Source of the DNA: Gemmatimonadota bacterium
GTDB taxonomy: Bacteria > Gemmatimonadota > Gemmatimonadetes > Gemmatimonadales > GWC2-71-9
Assembly: GCA_036679605.1 (NCBI GenBank)
Contig: JAZDCZ010000162.1
Location: forward strand, 1-40,367
Reading direction: 5' to 3'
Length of the DNA stretch: 40,367 bases
The translations under genes and the position numbers were made by a program. Below the pieces are notes generated by a model. The model saw only the letters and a list, made by a program, of their open reading frames with translations, was not told the origin of the DNA and made no database searches. Shown here one piece after another: positions 1 to 9,460 of the stretch. The stretch's first letter is position 1, and every line of letters begins with the position of its first letter.

Positions 1-114
1 GGTCCGGACACTCCGTCCCCACCTCAAGACGAACGAGGTCCGGACGCTGTGTCACGAGGTCCGGACGCTCCGTCCGAAACCACCGGACGCTCCGTCCGCG
101 AGGTCCGGACGGAG
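1..114 (+). repeat. 114-bp direct repeat, copy 1 (iteron region)
   Basis: Base-for-base identical to 36891-37004 (GGTCCGGACACTCC...AGGTCCGGACGGAG). May extend upstream of the window. Confidence 0.97.
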
Positions 115-516
115 TGTCCGCCTAACTCTTCAGAGAACTCTTCAGTAACTCTTCAAGGAACTCTCCCACGCGAGACAGATTTGGGAAAGGACGCTGACGT
201 ACCAAAACAGGTGGCCCACTGGGCGGACAAAGTAAAAGATATTCGATTGGATGCAGGGATTCGGAGAGGCGCGGCGATCATCGCGGACTTGTTCAGACGT
301 CAGAAGGCGACTCCCGAAATGCTCTGGCGAGCGATTACCAACTACGGGCTTTACTGCGAACGGCTGGGCCGGGTTCCGGAGTTCCGCAAGGACCTCGGGA
401 ACTTCATGACGAGGGATTACTGGCGCCAGTTTGCCGCTGAGGACTGGAAGCCGCCGGAGACGTCGACGAAGTCACTGGCCGATATCGTCGAGCGACGTGC
501 GGAGTGTGTCACGTGA
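1..516 (+). CDS. C-terminal part of replication initiator, allele A (5'-truncated by the window edge)
   Basis: Frame is open from base 1. Paralogous to the C-terminus of 36507-37352 (RAITNYG...PEFRKxLGNFM.RDYW). Confidence 0.8.
   Translation, partial: GPDTPSPPQDERGPDAVSRGPDAPSETTGRSVREVRTECPPNSSENSSVTLQGTLPRETDLGKDADVPKQVAHWADKVKDIRLDAGIRRGAAIIADLFRRQKATPEMLWRAITNYGLYCERLGRVPEFRKDLGNFMTRDYWRQFAAEDWKPPETSTKSLADIVERRAECVT
124..167 (+). repeat. Four AACTCT(T/C)C(A/C) repeats next to the iterons; possible origin unwinding or loading element
   Basis: AACTCTTCA at 124, 136 and 147 and AACTCTCCC at 159, spaced 11-12 bp. Confidence 0.6.
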
Positions 517-893
517 AACAGCGCGAGTTCATGACGCGGTACGAGGCAATGTGTTCGGAGCTCGGGTTCGACGCTACCAAGTTGCAGCGAGTGCAGCAGG
601 CCGAGGCGTGGTTCAAGCGATTCGGTCGAGAGGCTTCGCGGGTACTACATTCGGCGTTTAACGACTGTTCACGGGTAGAGGGGAATATCCAGACAAGGGA
701 CTTCGAGGCTGCGGTGAGTAGGGCGCGGGTGAAGGTTACCGAACAGCGCGAGCGGGAGCTCCGCGAGGAGTACCGGCGCGAGCAGGAGGCGACGACACCG
801 GAGCAGCGAAAGCGGGTGCAGGCTGCGTTTACGGAACTGGTCGAGGCACTGGGGCGGAAGTTCTCGCTCGATAGCAACGAGGAGGCGGTGTGA
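513..893 (+). CDS. Hypothetical protein downstream of the initiator (possible helicase loader/inhibitor position)
   Basis: GTGA overlap with the initiator stop. Similar to 37346-37783. Confidence 0.6.
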   Translation: MKQREFMTRYEAMCSELGFDATKLQRVQQAEAWFKRFGREASRVLHSAFNDCSRVEGNIQTRDFEAAVSRARVKVTEQRERELREEYRREQEATTPEQRKRVQAAFTELVEALGRKFSLDSNEEAV

Positions 894-1159
894 TGGACGA
901 GTCTATACAGAAAAAACTGGAGCGCACGATAGATAGCTTTAAGCCGAAGGAAATACCGGCCGTGCTAGAGAAGGCCGGGCTTCCAGGGGCCAACTACATC
1001 ATCGTCCTGTCTGTTCCTTCGGCAGGTGGGGGGCGGGAGGTCGCGTCCGCGTCATCTGAAAACGGCCCGGATACCCTCGTAACGTTACTCGGTCTAGCTA
1101 GCACGGTGTTGCAGATCATTACGGCGCCTGAAAAGCCGGCCGGAGAGTCGGGGCACTGA
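890..1159 (+). CDS. Hypothetical protein
   Basis: Coupled start after GAGGAGG. Weakly similar to 37783-38037. Confidence 0.6.
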   Translation: MMDESIQKKLERTIDSFKPKEIPAVLEKAGLPGANYIIVLSVPSAGGGREVASASSENGPDTLVTLLGLASTVLQIITAPEKPAGESGH

Positions 1160-1572
1160 TGATTCGTCGCGACTTTCTACGGGCAATCTTCGCCCTCAGT
1201 GCTGGTGCCGTCGTCGTCGGGCCGGCCTCGGGGATGGCGGCCTTGCTTCGCCGCCCAGGTCAACTTTCCGCGCCTAGCACGCCGGCGCGGACCTATCCCA
1301 TTTGGCCAGAGTTTCAAGAGGAGTGGGAATGGGTACCGACGTATACGCCTTGGCCGGGCGAAGATCCGCCCCGTTATCCTGGTGACGGCTGGTGGCTCTA
1401 TATGGCCACGAGCACCCTACCGAGTCCTCGTGGGCCGCTTCCGTATGTGGCCGCTGAGTTCACTGACGTACCCCGTGACGGCGATTTCGCAGAGCTCTCA
1501 GAACTACGCCAGGTGGTTCGACAAGCCTTAGAGCGTCGCGTCCGTCAACTCAGGCGAGGACAGTACGAGTGA
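1159..1572 (+). CDS. Hypothetical protein with twin-arginine-like signal
   Basis: N-terminus MIRRDFLRAIFALSAGAVVVG; TGATG coupling. Confidence 0.55.
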   Translation: MIRRDFLRAIFALSAGAVVVGPASGMAALLRRPGQLSAPSTPARTYPIWPEFQEEWEWVPTYTPWPGEDPPRYPGDGWWLYMATSTLPSPRGPLPYVAAEFTDVPRDGDFAELSELRQVVRQALERRVRQLRRGQYE

Positions 1573-1934
1573 TGTCGGGCAATCTCTACACGGGTTACTC
1601 TCAATCCTACGGTCCACTGTTCGACCAGAGAGACTACCGCGCCAAGCTGATGGCGCACCGTGACGATCCGCAGAGCTCGAAGGACTGTGCTGCCAAGGCC
1701 GCTCGCTCGGGTATTACTCAGCGCCGGCGCGACGCACTACTCAAGGCGATCAAGGGACACCCAGGCTTAACGTCTGCGGAGTACTCCCGCGTGACCGACA
1801 TAGACAAACACGAAGCGCGCAGGCGCCTTACCGATCTAAAGAACGCCGGGCTCATTTACCGTGCGGGACGAAAGGCGTGCTCAGTTTCGGGCGGCCGTGA
1901 CGTGAGTTGGAGGGTGGTGGATGAAGAACTCTAA
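1569..1934 (+). CDS. Winged-HTH DNA-binding protein
   Basis: GLTSAEYS...ARRRLTDLKNAGLIYRAG wHTH pattern preceded by an AHRDDPQSS motif common in phage proteins. Confidence 0.7.
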   Translation: MMSGNLYTGYSQSYGPLFDQRDYRAKLMAHRDDPQSSKDCAAKAARSGITQRRRDALLKAIKGHPGLTSAEYSRVTDIDKHEARRRLTDLKNAGLIYRAGRKACSVSGGRDVSWRVVDEEL

Positions 1935-2238
1935 CGTGGTTGGTTTCGTATCGACGACGCTCCGAGCCCACAAGATCGAAGCGGATATGCACGCCCTCCA
2001 AAAACAGCACGACGCGCTTATAGCGGAACTGACGGAGAGGCTTGAAGGGGTAGACCAGGAGAGACTGAGTTATAGGGAAAAGTTCGCCGGTTGCCTAGAG
2101 AAGCACCAAGTAGTGCGCGTGTTTATGGCCAACAGCTATGCGGTGGTCGTGGTGAACGCAGGCGGCTCAGGACCTAGGGTTTGGGCGATTAAGACTGAAA
2201 ACTGTGGAGAGGAGGGAGACGAAGATGGACCAAAATAA
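1921..2238 (+). CDS. Hypothetical protein
   Basis: ATG after GGAGGG, within an overlapping gene chain. Confidence 0.55.
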   Translation: MKNSNVVGFVSTTLRAHKIEADMHALQKQHDALIAELTERLEGVDQERLSYREKFAGCLEKHQVVRVFMANSYAVVVVNAGGSGPRVWAIKTENCGEEGDEDGPK

Positions 2239-2503
2239 TAACGGATGCGCCGCCGGCAAGACGGCGTCGCGCTTAGAGGGTGTAGAGCAGGCGTTGGGTT
2301 GTCATATTGACTTTTTGCTCGGCCTAGCCACCCGAGGCGAAAAGATAACGGATCAATTATACGGGGCACAGGATCGGCCTGACTCGCCGATGCCCGATCC
2401 GCCTTCGTGTGGATCGGTAGGGGTGCTCGACGACAAGTGCGTGGCGTTGCGCAAGGTGGCTTCTCGTCTGGAGTTGGTGATCGACGCGCTGGAGAACCTG
2501 TAG
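2225..2503 (+). CDS. Hypothetical protein
   Basis: ATG at 2225 after GGAGAGGAGGGAG. Confidence 0.55.
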   Translation: MDQNNNGCAAGKTASRLEGVEQALGCHIDFLLGLATRGEKITDQLYGAQDRPDSPMPDPPSCGSVGVLDDKCVALRKVASRLELVIDALENL

Positions 2504-2505
2504 GG

Positions 2506-2754
2506 GTGAAACAGCGCGCGGTTAAGGCGACCTACGAACAAGTCGAGGCACTGCATGTGCCCGCGTTCGGAGAGGCTAAGGCTTACGGAGTGGAAGGATG
2601 GCACCACTGTGTTCGGTGTGGGCGTCGGATTCGCTGGGCCTACTTATGTTGTTCGGAGTGTGTCGAGGTAGCGCGAGCGCGATTGACTGCGCTTGTTGGT
2701 GCCGAGGCGTTTACGAGGCTGTTGGAGAGGAGGAAAGGGAACCATGCAAAGTGA
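2506..2754 (+). CDS. Small Zn-finger-like protein
   Basis: CVRC...CCSEC. GTG start right after the previous stop. Confidence 0.5.
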   Translation: MKQRAVKATYEQVEALHVPAFGEAKAYGVEGWHHCVRCGRRIRWAYLCCSECVEVARARLTALVGAEAFTRLLERRKGNHAK

Positions 2755-3103
2755 TTTAGAACAGGTACAAAACGACGCGCGACTAGCGACCGATATCAAA
2801 ACGGTCCTTGGGGCGTTCCAGAGGAAGGCGTCAGATAAAATCGTCGAGCTCATTAGTGCGGCGGGCGCTGCGTTATCAGACGAGATCGTCAAGCACCTTG
2901 GCAGTGATGTCGACGTTGAGGTGGTGAAGTCGCGCCTGCTGTTGATACTCCAGACCGGTGATCCCGAGTCGCAGCTGCATCTGCAACGTATGGTGATGTC
3001 GCCAATGGTAGGTGAGGTTGTCGATTTCGTGCGCCAGGCGACCGACGACGCGGCTGCTGAAGGGCCGAAACGTCGCAATCGTAGTAGGAGCACCGAGGGG
3101 TAA
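2744..3103 (+). CDS. Hypothetical protein
   Basis: ATG after AGGAAAGGGA. Confidence 0.6.
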   Translation: MQSDLEQVQNDARLATDIKTVLGAFQRKASDKIVELISAAGAALSDEIVKHLGSDVDVEVVKSRLLLILQTGDPESQLHLQRMVMSPMVGEVVDFVRQATDDAAAEGPKRRNRSRSTEG

Positions 3104-3105
3104 GT

Positions 3106-3405
3106 ATGCCGGCGGTTGCAACAGTGCGGTGGCCGAACCACATGCGCCGCGTGATGGGCCGGCGAGGTATCAACTTCGCCGATCTCGCGGTGCAGTGTAA
3201 GCGCGTACGCGAGGAAACTCCGGAGTTGGCGCCGCTTGGTCGCGGCGAGCTCACGCGGGGGGATCTATGGCGATGCGCGGAGGGCTGGTTCGTCCCGTGT
3301 GCGGACACCATGTTTATTATCGCAGCCGCGCTGCGTACTGACGTGCGCGATTTGTTCTTCGACGAGCAGTTATTGCCGAATATCGGGGGGGCACGGAGAC
3401 AATGA
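3106..3405 (+). CDS. XRE-like HTH regulator
   Basis: MRRVMGRRGINFADLA...WFVPCADTMFIIAAALRTDVRDLF pattern. Confidence 0.65.
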   Translation: MPAVATVRWPNHMRRVMGRRGINFADLAVQCKRVREETPELAPLGRGELTRGDLWRCAEGWFVPCADTMFIIAAALRTDVRDLFFDEQLLPNIGGARRQ

Positions 3406-3689
3406 GTGGTGTGTGTTTGTTCAGCTGGGATGACCAGGCAACAGATTGGCACGCGAAAAACTGCAAGACGTGTGTAGCCGTATTGTGTCCGATGCGCCCG
3501 GAAGTCGGACGAGCGGTGTTGTCCCCTAAATATAGAGTCTCTTGTCAAACGGCGTTTGCCGTTGGTTGGCTGCCTTCCCCGGCGGCGGTTTTGCGTGGAG
3601 AGCGGGTGTGGTCTTGTCCGAACTACGAGGAGCCGTCGCCGTGGTTGCCACCACTGGAGCCCGATGACGGCGAGCGGGTTGCTGCGTGA
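3402..3689 (+). CDS. Cys-containing hypothetical protein
   Basis: ATGA overlap; NCKTC...SC...SC. Confidence 0.5.
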   Translation: MSGVCLFSWDDQATDWHAKNCKTCVAVLCPMRPEVGRAVLSPKYRVSCQTAFAVGWLPSPAAVLRGERVWSCPNYEEPSPWLPPLEPDDGERVAA

Positions 3690-4078
3690 AATGCCGCGTT
3701 CCGACCTACAAGCAATTTGTTCGCGCGTTCTGCTGCCTGGTACCTGGGTGCTACACAAAGCCGGTCGAGTACGAGCACCATCCAACGAAGGGAGCACGGG
3801 GCAACGTCGATCACGACCGAGGTTGGCCGTGTTGCCGCAAGCATCACGACGAACTCAACGGCGGCCGGCAGTCTTTCCAGCGCAAGTACGTGATGGATCT
3901 AAACCGTGATGTGGATTGGCTACAGCGGGAGTACCGACGGCTCTATCCGATGGGGCCGGAGTTTATACAGGTGGCACCGTGGCGGGAAGTAGACGCAGAG
4001 CCAAGCCGCCCGCGAAGAAAAAAGCGGCGAAGAAGGTCGCACCCAAAAGGCAGCCGACGCGTCTCCCAAACGGCCTGA
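3686..4078 (+). CDS. DUF968/Ref-like HNH-type Zn-binding putative nuclease
   Basis: CCLVPGC...EHH...PCCRKHH. Paralog of 38417-38767. Confidence 0.65.
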   Translation: MKCRVPTYKQFVRAFCCLVPGCYTKPVEYEHHPTKGARGNVDHDRGWPCCRKHHDELNGGRQSFQRKYVMDLNRDVDWLQREYRRLYPMGPEFIQVAPWREVDAEPSRPRRKKRRRRSHPKGSRRVSQTA

Positions 4079-4569
4079 CTCTGATGCAGGACAAGTTCGC
4101 GCAAGGGTTTGCTCTACACGGCAACGCTACGCGAGCCTACCTGGAGGCGGGCTACAAGGCGCAGAAAACCATCCAGGCGACCAACCGTGAGGCGTTCCGC
4201 CTCCCCCAAGTTTACCCCAAGTTATTCACGGTCACCGAGGAGTACCGAAAGCGGTACTCCTCGGCCGTCGATATCCGCGCCGATTCAATCCTGGCCAACT
4301 ACGGAGCGATAGGTACAGCCGACTTCGCGGACTTCCTCGGTGAGGACGGCGCGCCCCTGGCAATCAAGGACATGCCTCAACGCGCACGGCTGGCGATACA
4401 GCAGCTGGAGGTCGAGGACATCCTGGTGCAGGAGGCCAAAGGCGATAAGCCCCGGATCGTAAGACGTCGGGCGAAGCTACGTTTGCATTCCAAAGTACCG
4501 GCGCTCGATGCTCTCGCGCGGATCAAGGGACTGGTCGAGAAGGGTCGCGGATCGAGGAGGGGGCGATGA
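3916..4569 (+). CDS. terS: Terminase small subunit (true start possibly GTG at 3979)
   Basis: LTLMQDKFA...NATRAYLEAGY and KLRLHSKVPALDALAR motifs; lies upstream of TerL. Confidence 0.85.
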   Translation: MATAGVPTALSDGAGVYTGGTVAGSRRRAKPPAKKKAAKKVAPKRQPTRLPNGLTLMQDKFAQGFALHGNATRAYLEAGYKAQKTIQATNREAFRLPQVYPKLFTVTEEYRKRYSSAVDIRADSILANYGAIGTADFADFLGEDGAPLAIKDMPQRARLAIQQLEVEDILVQEAKGDKPRIVRRRAKLRLHSKVPALDALARIKGLVEKGRGSRRGR

Positions 4570-5027
4570 CTGCCACGGACATCCTTACTCACCTAGAAGA
4601 TAATCACTTCAGGGATGGGCCATTCGTGCGCGTAAGGGAGTTACGACCGAGTGTCGGCTATGGCGCTCACGACCGCCGTATAGATTTGTGGGCGATGAAG
4701 TGCGCGCCTTCGGCGGGAATGCCTGCGCACGCTATCGAAGTGAAGGTGTCGCGTTCGGATTGGCTACGAGAATTAAAAAAGCCGCGTAAGCGCCGGGCCG
4801 CGATGGCGATCAGTAACTACTTTTGGATAGCTGCGCCCGTAGGAATCGTCAAGGATGGGGAATTGCCTGAAGGCTGCGGTTTAATCGAGTTTGAGCCGGA
4901 GCGCATGAACGACTCACATTATCGCGGACTCGTGACCGAGTATCCCGTCTATCAAGACAAAGTGCGGTGCACATGGGGCTTACTCGCGTCAGTGCTACGC
5001 AATCTCGGAAAGAAGGCCAAGCCATGA
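4566..5027 (+). CDS. MmcB-like PD-(D/E)XK nuclease
   Basis: RIDLW...AIEVKVSRSDWLRELKKP.K...NYFWIAAP.G...ELPEGCGLIE. Confidence 0.75.
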   Translation: MTATDILTHLEDNHFRDGPFVRVRELRPSVGYGAHDRRIDLWAMKCAPSAGMPAHAIEVKVSRSDWLRELKKPRKRRAAMAISNYFWIAAPVGIVKDGELPEGCGLIEFEPERMNDSHYRGLVTEYPVYQDKVRCTWGLLASVLRNLGKKAKP

Positions 5028-5464
5028 ACATCAACCACGGCGACGGCTGTCACTACGGGGACGGAACCTTTCGGTGTAATAGGTGCGGCATCCGTACCGA
5101 CAGCCGGATGGGCGGCTATCACTTGCGGCCGATTTACGAGGGTCCATTAAACTTTGTGCGGTATTTGCCTACTGACGAACCGGAGCTAGTGGAGCCGGTG
5201 CCGCCGGTGCGAGCGATACATTGCGGGCCTCTCGTGACGTCGCCGTGCACGTGTGACTACGAGAATGCACAACTAGCGGTGATAACGTGCCGTCGGGTGA
5301 GCTCCGCAAACCAGGTGCTCAAGGCGGATCTCAACATGCTGCGTAGCGTAGCGCAGCACGCGGTGACGAGTTATCGCGGACGGTGGCGGAACTATCCCCG
5401 GCTCGCCAAATGGCGTCGGGCATACGACAGCCTCAAGGGTGCGCTTGAGGAGCTTCGCAATTAG
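5024..5464 (+). CDS. Hypothetical protein
   Basis: ATGA overlap at 5024. Confidence 0.5.
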   Translation: MNINHGDGCHYGDGTFRCNRCGIRTDSRMGGYHLRPIYEGPLNFVRYLPTDEPELVEPVPPVRAIHCGPLVTSPCTCDYENAQLAVITCRRVSSANQVLKADLNMLRSVAQHAVTSYRGRWRNYPRLAKWRRAYDSLKGALEELRN

Positions 5465-6962
5465 CCCACCGTATGAAAGTAACGCGCTGCACCTACGCGA
5501 GCACGACGGGTACACGTTACTCGACGACGCGGACTACGTCATGACCGAGGAGCAATCCGCGGCCGCCGTCGCTGCCCATGACAGTCTGCTCGCCTTCACT
5601 CAGTACACGTTTCCCGACTATGACGTAGCGCCGCATCATAAGGTGATCGCTAAGGCGCTAGAGGCCGTCGAGGCCGGCCGTATCAAACGGCTGCTTATCA
5701 CGGCGCCACCGCGTCACGGTAAATCGGAGCTCCTTAGCCGGCGGTTCCCGGCCTGGTATCTCGGCCGTAATCCGACGGCCGAGTTCGTCGGCGCCAGCTA
5801 CAACTTCGAGCTCGCTACTGAGTTCGGCCGCGACGTACGCGATATCGTTGCCAGTGACGAGTACGCCGACGTGTTCGACATGCGGTTGGCGCTAGACTCT
5901 CGTGCTAAGGGCCGTTGGAACACTACCGCCGGCGGCTCCTATCGCGCGGCGGGAGTTGGTACTTCGCTGACGGGGCGTGGTGCGGACGTCTTGAACATCG
6001 ACGACCCGGTGAAGGATGCCGAGGACGCGGCCTCAGAGATTCAGCGCGAGACAAAATGGAACTGGTTTCGACAGGTGGCACGTACGCGCCTGTCTCCAGA
6101 CGGTGCAATTCTGCTGACGTTGACGCGGTGGCACGAGGACGACCTTGGCGGCCGGGTACTCGAACAGATGGAGGAGGGGAAGTCCGTACCCTGGACCGTT
6201 ATAGATCTCCCGGCCATTGCTATTCGTGGAGAGATAGACGCGCTCGACCGTAAGCCAGGAGAGGCGCTGTGGCAGTCACGGTGGCCGAAGAAGGCGCTTG
6301 CAGAACTCCGGGCCGACATAGGCGAGCGTGCCTGGTCGGCACTGTACCAAGGCCGTCCGATGCCGGAGGGCGGTGCGTACTTTCTGCGCGACGATCTCAC
6401 CTACTACGACACCAAGCCGCGCACGCTGCGGATGTACATGGCCTCGGATTACGCGGTCGGGACGAGGGACGAAAACGACTACACCGTCCACATGGTCGGT
6501 GGTGTGGATATGGCCGGCCGGCTCTTTGTAGTCGACCTATGGCGGGATCGGGCCACGAGTGATGCCTGGGTCGAGAGCGGGATCGACTTGGTGGAGTTAC
6601 ACAAGCCGCTCAACTGGTTCGAGGAGAAAGGCCAGATCGAAAAGGGCGTTGGCCCGTTCCTGACCAAGCGGATGAAGGAGCGCCGGTCGCACTGCAAGCG
6701 CACGGCCCTGACATCCTCGGTCGACAAGGTGATACGCGCCCGTGCGATACAGGCCCGCTTCAGTATGGGAATGGTGCTGCTGCCGCGTAATGCGGATTGG
6801 GCGGCCGACCTGGTATCCGAGCTACTGAAGTTTCCAAACGGGAAGCACGATGACCAGGTGGATTGTCTGAGCCTGTTCGGCCGTATGCTCGATCAGATGG
6901 TAGCGCCGCGTCGCAACCCGGCACGGTCGACGGTGGCGAAGTTCGATTTCAATAGCTTTTAG
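5439..6962 (+). CDS. terL: Terminase large subunit (start uncertain, 5439-5541)
   Basis: Walker A PPRHGKSE, Walker B LNIDDP, TRWHEDDL, and a nuclease domain with SDYA/DYT/HDDQVD. Confidence 0.95.
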   Translation: MRLRSFAISPPYESNALHLREHDGYTLLDDADYVMTEEQSAAAVAAHDSLLAFTQYTFPDYDVAPHHKVIAKALEAVEAGRIKRLLITAPPRHGKSELLSRRFPAWYLGRNPTAEFVGASYNFELATEFGRDVRDIVASDEYADVFDMRLALDSRAKGRWNTTAGGSYRAAGVGTSLTGRGADVLNIDDPVKDAEDAASEIQRETKWNWFRQVARTRLSPDGAILLTLTRWHEDDLGGRVLEQMEEGKSVPWTVIDLPAIAIRGEIDALDRKPGEALWQSRWPKKALAELRADIGERAWSALYQGRPMPEGGAYFLRDDLTYYDTKPRTLRMYMASDYAVGTRDENDYTVHMVGGVDMAGRLFVVDLWRDRATSDAWVESGIDLVELHKPLNWFEEKGQIEKGVGPFLTKRMKERRSHCKRTALTSSVDKVIRARAIQARFSMGMVLLPRNADWAADLVSELLKFPNGKHDDQVDCLSLFGRMLDQMVAPRRNPARSTVAKFDFNSF

Positions 6963-6975
6963 GGAGAGGACCGCC

Positions 6976-7683
6976 ATGACCAAAGCTCTCGGCACCTCCG
7001 TATTCGCCTCTGCCGCTCTGCGCCATAAGGTCCACATGTGGCGGTACCCCGACAGCTTCGAGCTCGCGCCTCCGTGGGGTGCGAAGGTTATGTGCCTGGT
7101 GCCGGCCGAGGCGGCCGAGCTAGCCGATCTCCTACGTCACTACGTCTCAGCCTCGATTGCAGCTGCGGACTCTCCCGTGTGGTTCGTGCCGCCTGAGCCC
7201 GTCGAGCCTCCGGAGCAATGGCGTCTCGGTGAGTTCCTGGTGGTATTCGAAGACTCCGATCCCGACGAGCGGTGGCGACCGTGGCGGCTGGTGACGAAAC
7301 GTGGCTTCAGGCACTGCTGGGCGGCCTATAACGACGGTCCTGGCTGGCTACGGATCAACCCGACGGCCAACGGGATCATGGTTGAGCGGTCGCTTCTGAG
7401 CACGAGTGAGCTCATGGAGTTTCACGGCCAGCAGGCTGAAACACGGGTGCTGTATCTATGCAGTCGCCGCCCTCGACGGTTTCTTGGCCGAGGGCTACTT
7501 ACATGCGTGAGCGTGGTGAAGCAGATCCTTGGTGTGCGGGCAGCCTGGGCGATAACGCCGTACGGGCTGTACCGACACCTACTGAAGCGTAACCACGCCG
7601 CCCAATACGACGGACGAGGGTCTACGCATGAAAACACCGAAAGCGCCGAAGCCGACTGCCGAAGAACAGTTCTTTCGATCTAA
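6976..7683 (+). CDS. Putative permuted papain-like (His...Cys) peptidase
   Basis: GFRHCW...LTCVSVVKQILG...ITPYGLYRHL; RBS GAGAGGA. Confidence 0.55.
   Translation: MTKALGTSVFASAALRHKVHMWRYPDSFELAPPWGAKVMCLVPAEAAELADLLRHYVSASIAAADSPVWFVPPEPVEPPEQWRLGEFLVVFEDSDPDERWRPWRLVTKRGFRHCWAAYNDGPGWLRINPTANGIMVERSLLSTSELMEFHGQQAETRVLYLCSRRPRRFLGRGLLTCVSVVKQILGVRAAWAITPYGLYRHLLKRNHAAQYDGRGSTHENTESAEADCRRTVLSI
7448..7479 (+). promoter_or_regulatory. Repeated element, copy 1 (TGCTGTATCTATGCAGTCGCCGCCCTCGACGG)
   Basis: 32/32 identical to 26036-26067; first 21 nt also at 13396-13416. Regulatory role is inferred. Confidence 0.6.
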
Positions 7684-7819
7684 GCGCGACAAGCGCATAG
7701 AGGACAACAGCCGCAAGCTCGCGGCGGGTAAGCGGCTGCGCCAAGGGAAGCGGACTACTCAGAGTATTCTACTCGGCGGCTCGGCCACTGGTCGCTCTAG
7801 TCTCGGCGTGGGGTACTAA
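7628..7819 (+). CDS. Small basic virion-associated protein preceding the portal
   Basis: 63 aa (KTPKAPKP...QSILLGGS). Position typical of T7/BPP-1-like podoviruses. Confidence 0.65.
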   Translation: MKTPKAPKPTAEEQFFRSKRDKRIEDNSRKLAAGKRLRQGKRTTQSILLGGSATGRSSLGVGY

Positions 7820-9460
7820 GTGCACGCTGCGGCGCGTGACTATCTGGCTACGATCCCATCGCGGCCCGGTCGCCCGGCGCTTCGCCTTGTTCGGCCGACT
7901 CCTCGTGATGCGATCCAAGCCGAACCGCTTATCAAGCGATTCGAGCAGGCCAAGACCGAGGCGCAGCTGTGGTTCGAGCAGTCGCGTGAAGCCTACGAAT
8001 ATGTCTTGCCGCAGCGCAATATCCTGAACTGGCACGCGCCCGGTCAAAAGAAAATCGAGCGCATCTATGACTCAACGCCGATCTTCGCGGCCCGCACCTT
8101 TGCCTCTCGTATCCAGTCCCTGCTGATGCCCTCGGGCCGGAACTGGGGCCGTCTTGTCGCCGGCTCGATGGTGCCCAAGGATGACCGGCGGCGGATTGAC
8201 TCCCAGCTAGAGGAAATTACCGACACTGTGTTTCGGTACTTGCGTGCCTCGAACGTGGCAACCGAGGTCAACGAGAGCCTTCTCGACCTGTCCATAGGTA
8301 CGGGGCCTCTGTTGTTGCAGGACGGTGGCGACGAGCAGCCGCTGCAATTCAAATCGCAACCGTTGGCAAACGTCTACATCGAGGCTGGTCCTTGGGGATC
8401 GGTACGCACGGTGTTCCGCGAGCGCGAGGTGGCGCTGCGTAACCTATCCCAGGAGTGGCCCGCCGCTCAGTGGTCTGATCTTACGATGGCCGCTGCGGTC
8501 AAAGACGGCGGAAAGAAAGTCGTCATCATCGAGGGAATGGTGTTCGACCCGGCCCGTCAGGTTTACCACAACGTCGTAATCGAACTGAAGCAGGAGCACC
8601 TGGCCCAAGTGCTGACCGACGAGGTGGCCTCATGGATGGTGCCGCGTTGGATGGTCGTGGCCAATGAGGTCTACGGCCGTGGCCCGGCGATGGCCGGCCT
8701 ACCGGATATTAAGACGCTCAACGATATCAAAAAGCTCATCATGCAAAACGCCGCCATTAGCGTGGCGGGCATGTGGAAGGGAACCGACGACGGCATTTTC
8801 AACCCGAATACGGTGGTGCTCGGCCCCGGCGCGATTATTCCTCTGGCCCAAATGGACAACATGGAGCCGTTGGAAAGGGCCGGTGACTTCCAAGTTGGTG
8901 ACATCGTTCTTAAAGACCTGCAGGACGCGGTCAGAAAGCACTTCCTAGCACAAGACGCCGGCGGTGCAGTTGATGGTCCCGTCAAGTCCGCGACCGAGTG
9001 GATACTGCGCACGCAAGAACTTGAGCGCGACGCTGGGCCGAGTTTCGGGCGGCTAGGCACCGAACTCGTTGTACCGATAGTCAGTAAGGTCGTTGATATC
9101 CTTCGCCGGCGCGGGCTCATTCCCGACATCCGCCTGGATGGCCGCGAGGTGTCGTTTCGCTTCGAGGGACCGCTTGCGCAAGCCCAAGACCAAGACGACG
9201 TGATGACTCTCCAGAATTTCCTCGAGATCGGCAACGCGCTCGGCCCTGAGCTCATGATGCAGGGTATCAAAATGGAGGACGTGCCGAAGTACCTAGCCGA
9301 CAAGCTCGGGGTGCCGGCAAGTCTAGTCCGTGACGATGCCGAGCGCGCGAAGCTGGCCGAGCAGGTTCAGGAGGCCGCAGCGATGGCGCAGGGCGGCGGC
9401 GAGGTTCCTGGTGCGCCGGGACAGGCGCCTGCAGCTATACCCGGTGTGGAGGCTGCCTGA
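7820..9460 (+). CDS. Portal (head-to-tail connector), T7 gp8/BPP-1-like
   Basis: 546 aa; IYDSTP, RW...EVYGRGP, SATEW and GPSFGRL motifs. Confidence 0.93.
   Translation: MHAAARDYLATIPSRPGRPALRLVRPTPRDAIQAEPLIKRFEQAKTEAQLWFEQSREAYEYVLPQRNILNWHAPGQKKIERIYDSTPIFAARTFASRIQSLLMPSGRNWGRLVAGSMVPKDDRRRIDSQLEEITDTVFRYLRASNVATEVNESLLDLSIGTGPLLLQDGGDEQPLQFKSQPLANVYIEAGPWGSVRTVFREREVALRNLSQEWPAAQWSDLTMAAAVKDGGKKVVIIEGMVFDPARQVYHNVVIELKQEHLAQVLTDEVASWMVPRWMVVANEVYGRGPAMAGLPDIKTLNDIKKLIMQNAAISVAGMWKGTDDGIFNPNTVVLGPGAIIPLAQMDNMEPLERAGDFQVGDIVLKDLQDAVRKHFLAQDAGGAVDGPVKSATEWILRTQELERDAGPSFGRLGTELVVPIVSKVVDILRRRGLIPDIRLDGREVSFRFEGPLAQAQDQDDVMTLQNFLEIGNALGPELMMQGIKMEDVPKYLADKLGVPASLVRDDAERAKLAEQVQEAAAMAQGGGEVPGAPGQAPAAIPGVEAA

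Noticed and set aside
1..114. Physical direct terminal repeats of a T7-like virion DNA
   Set aside because: The repeat lies inside the initiator gene and the second copy is internal, followed by 3.3 kb of further genes.
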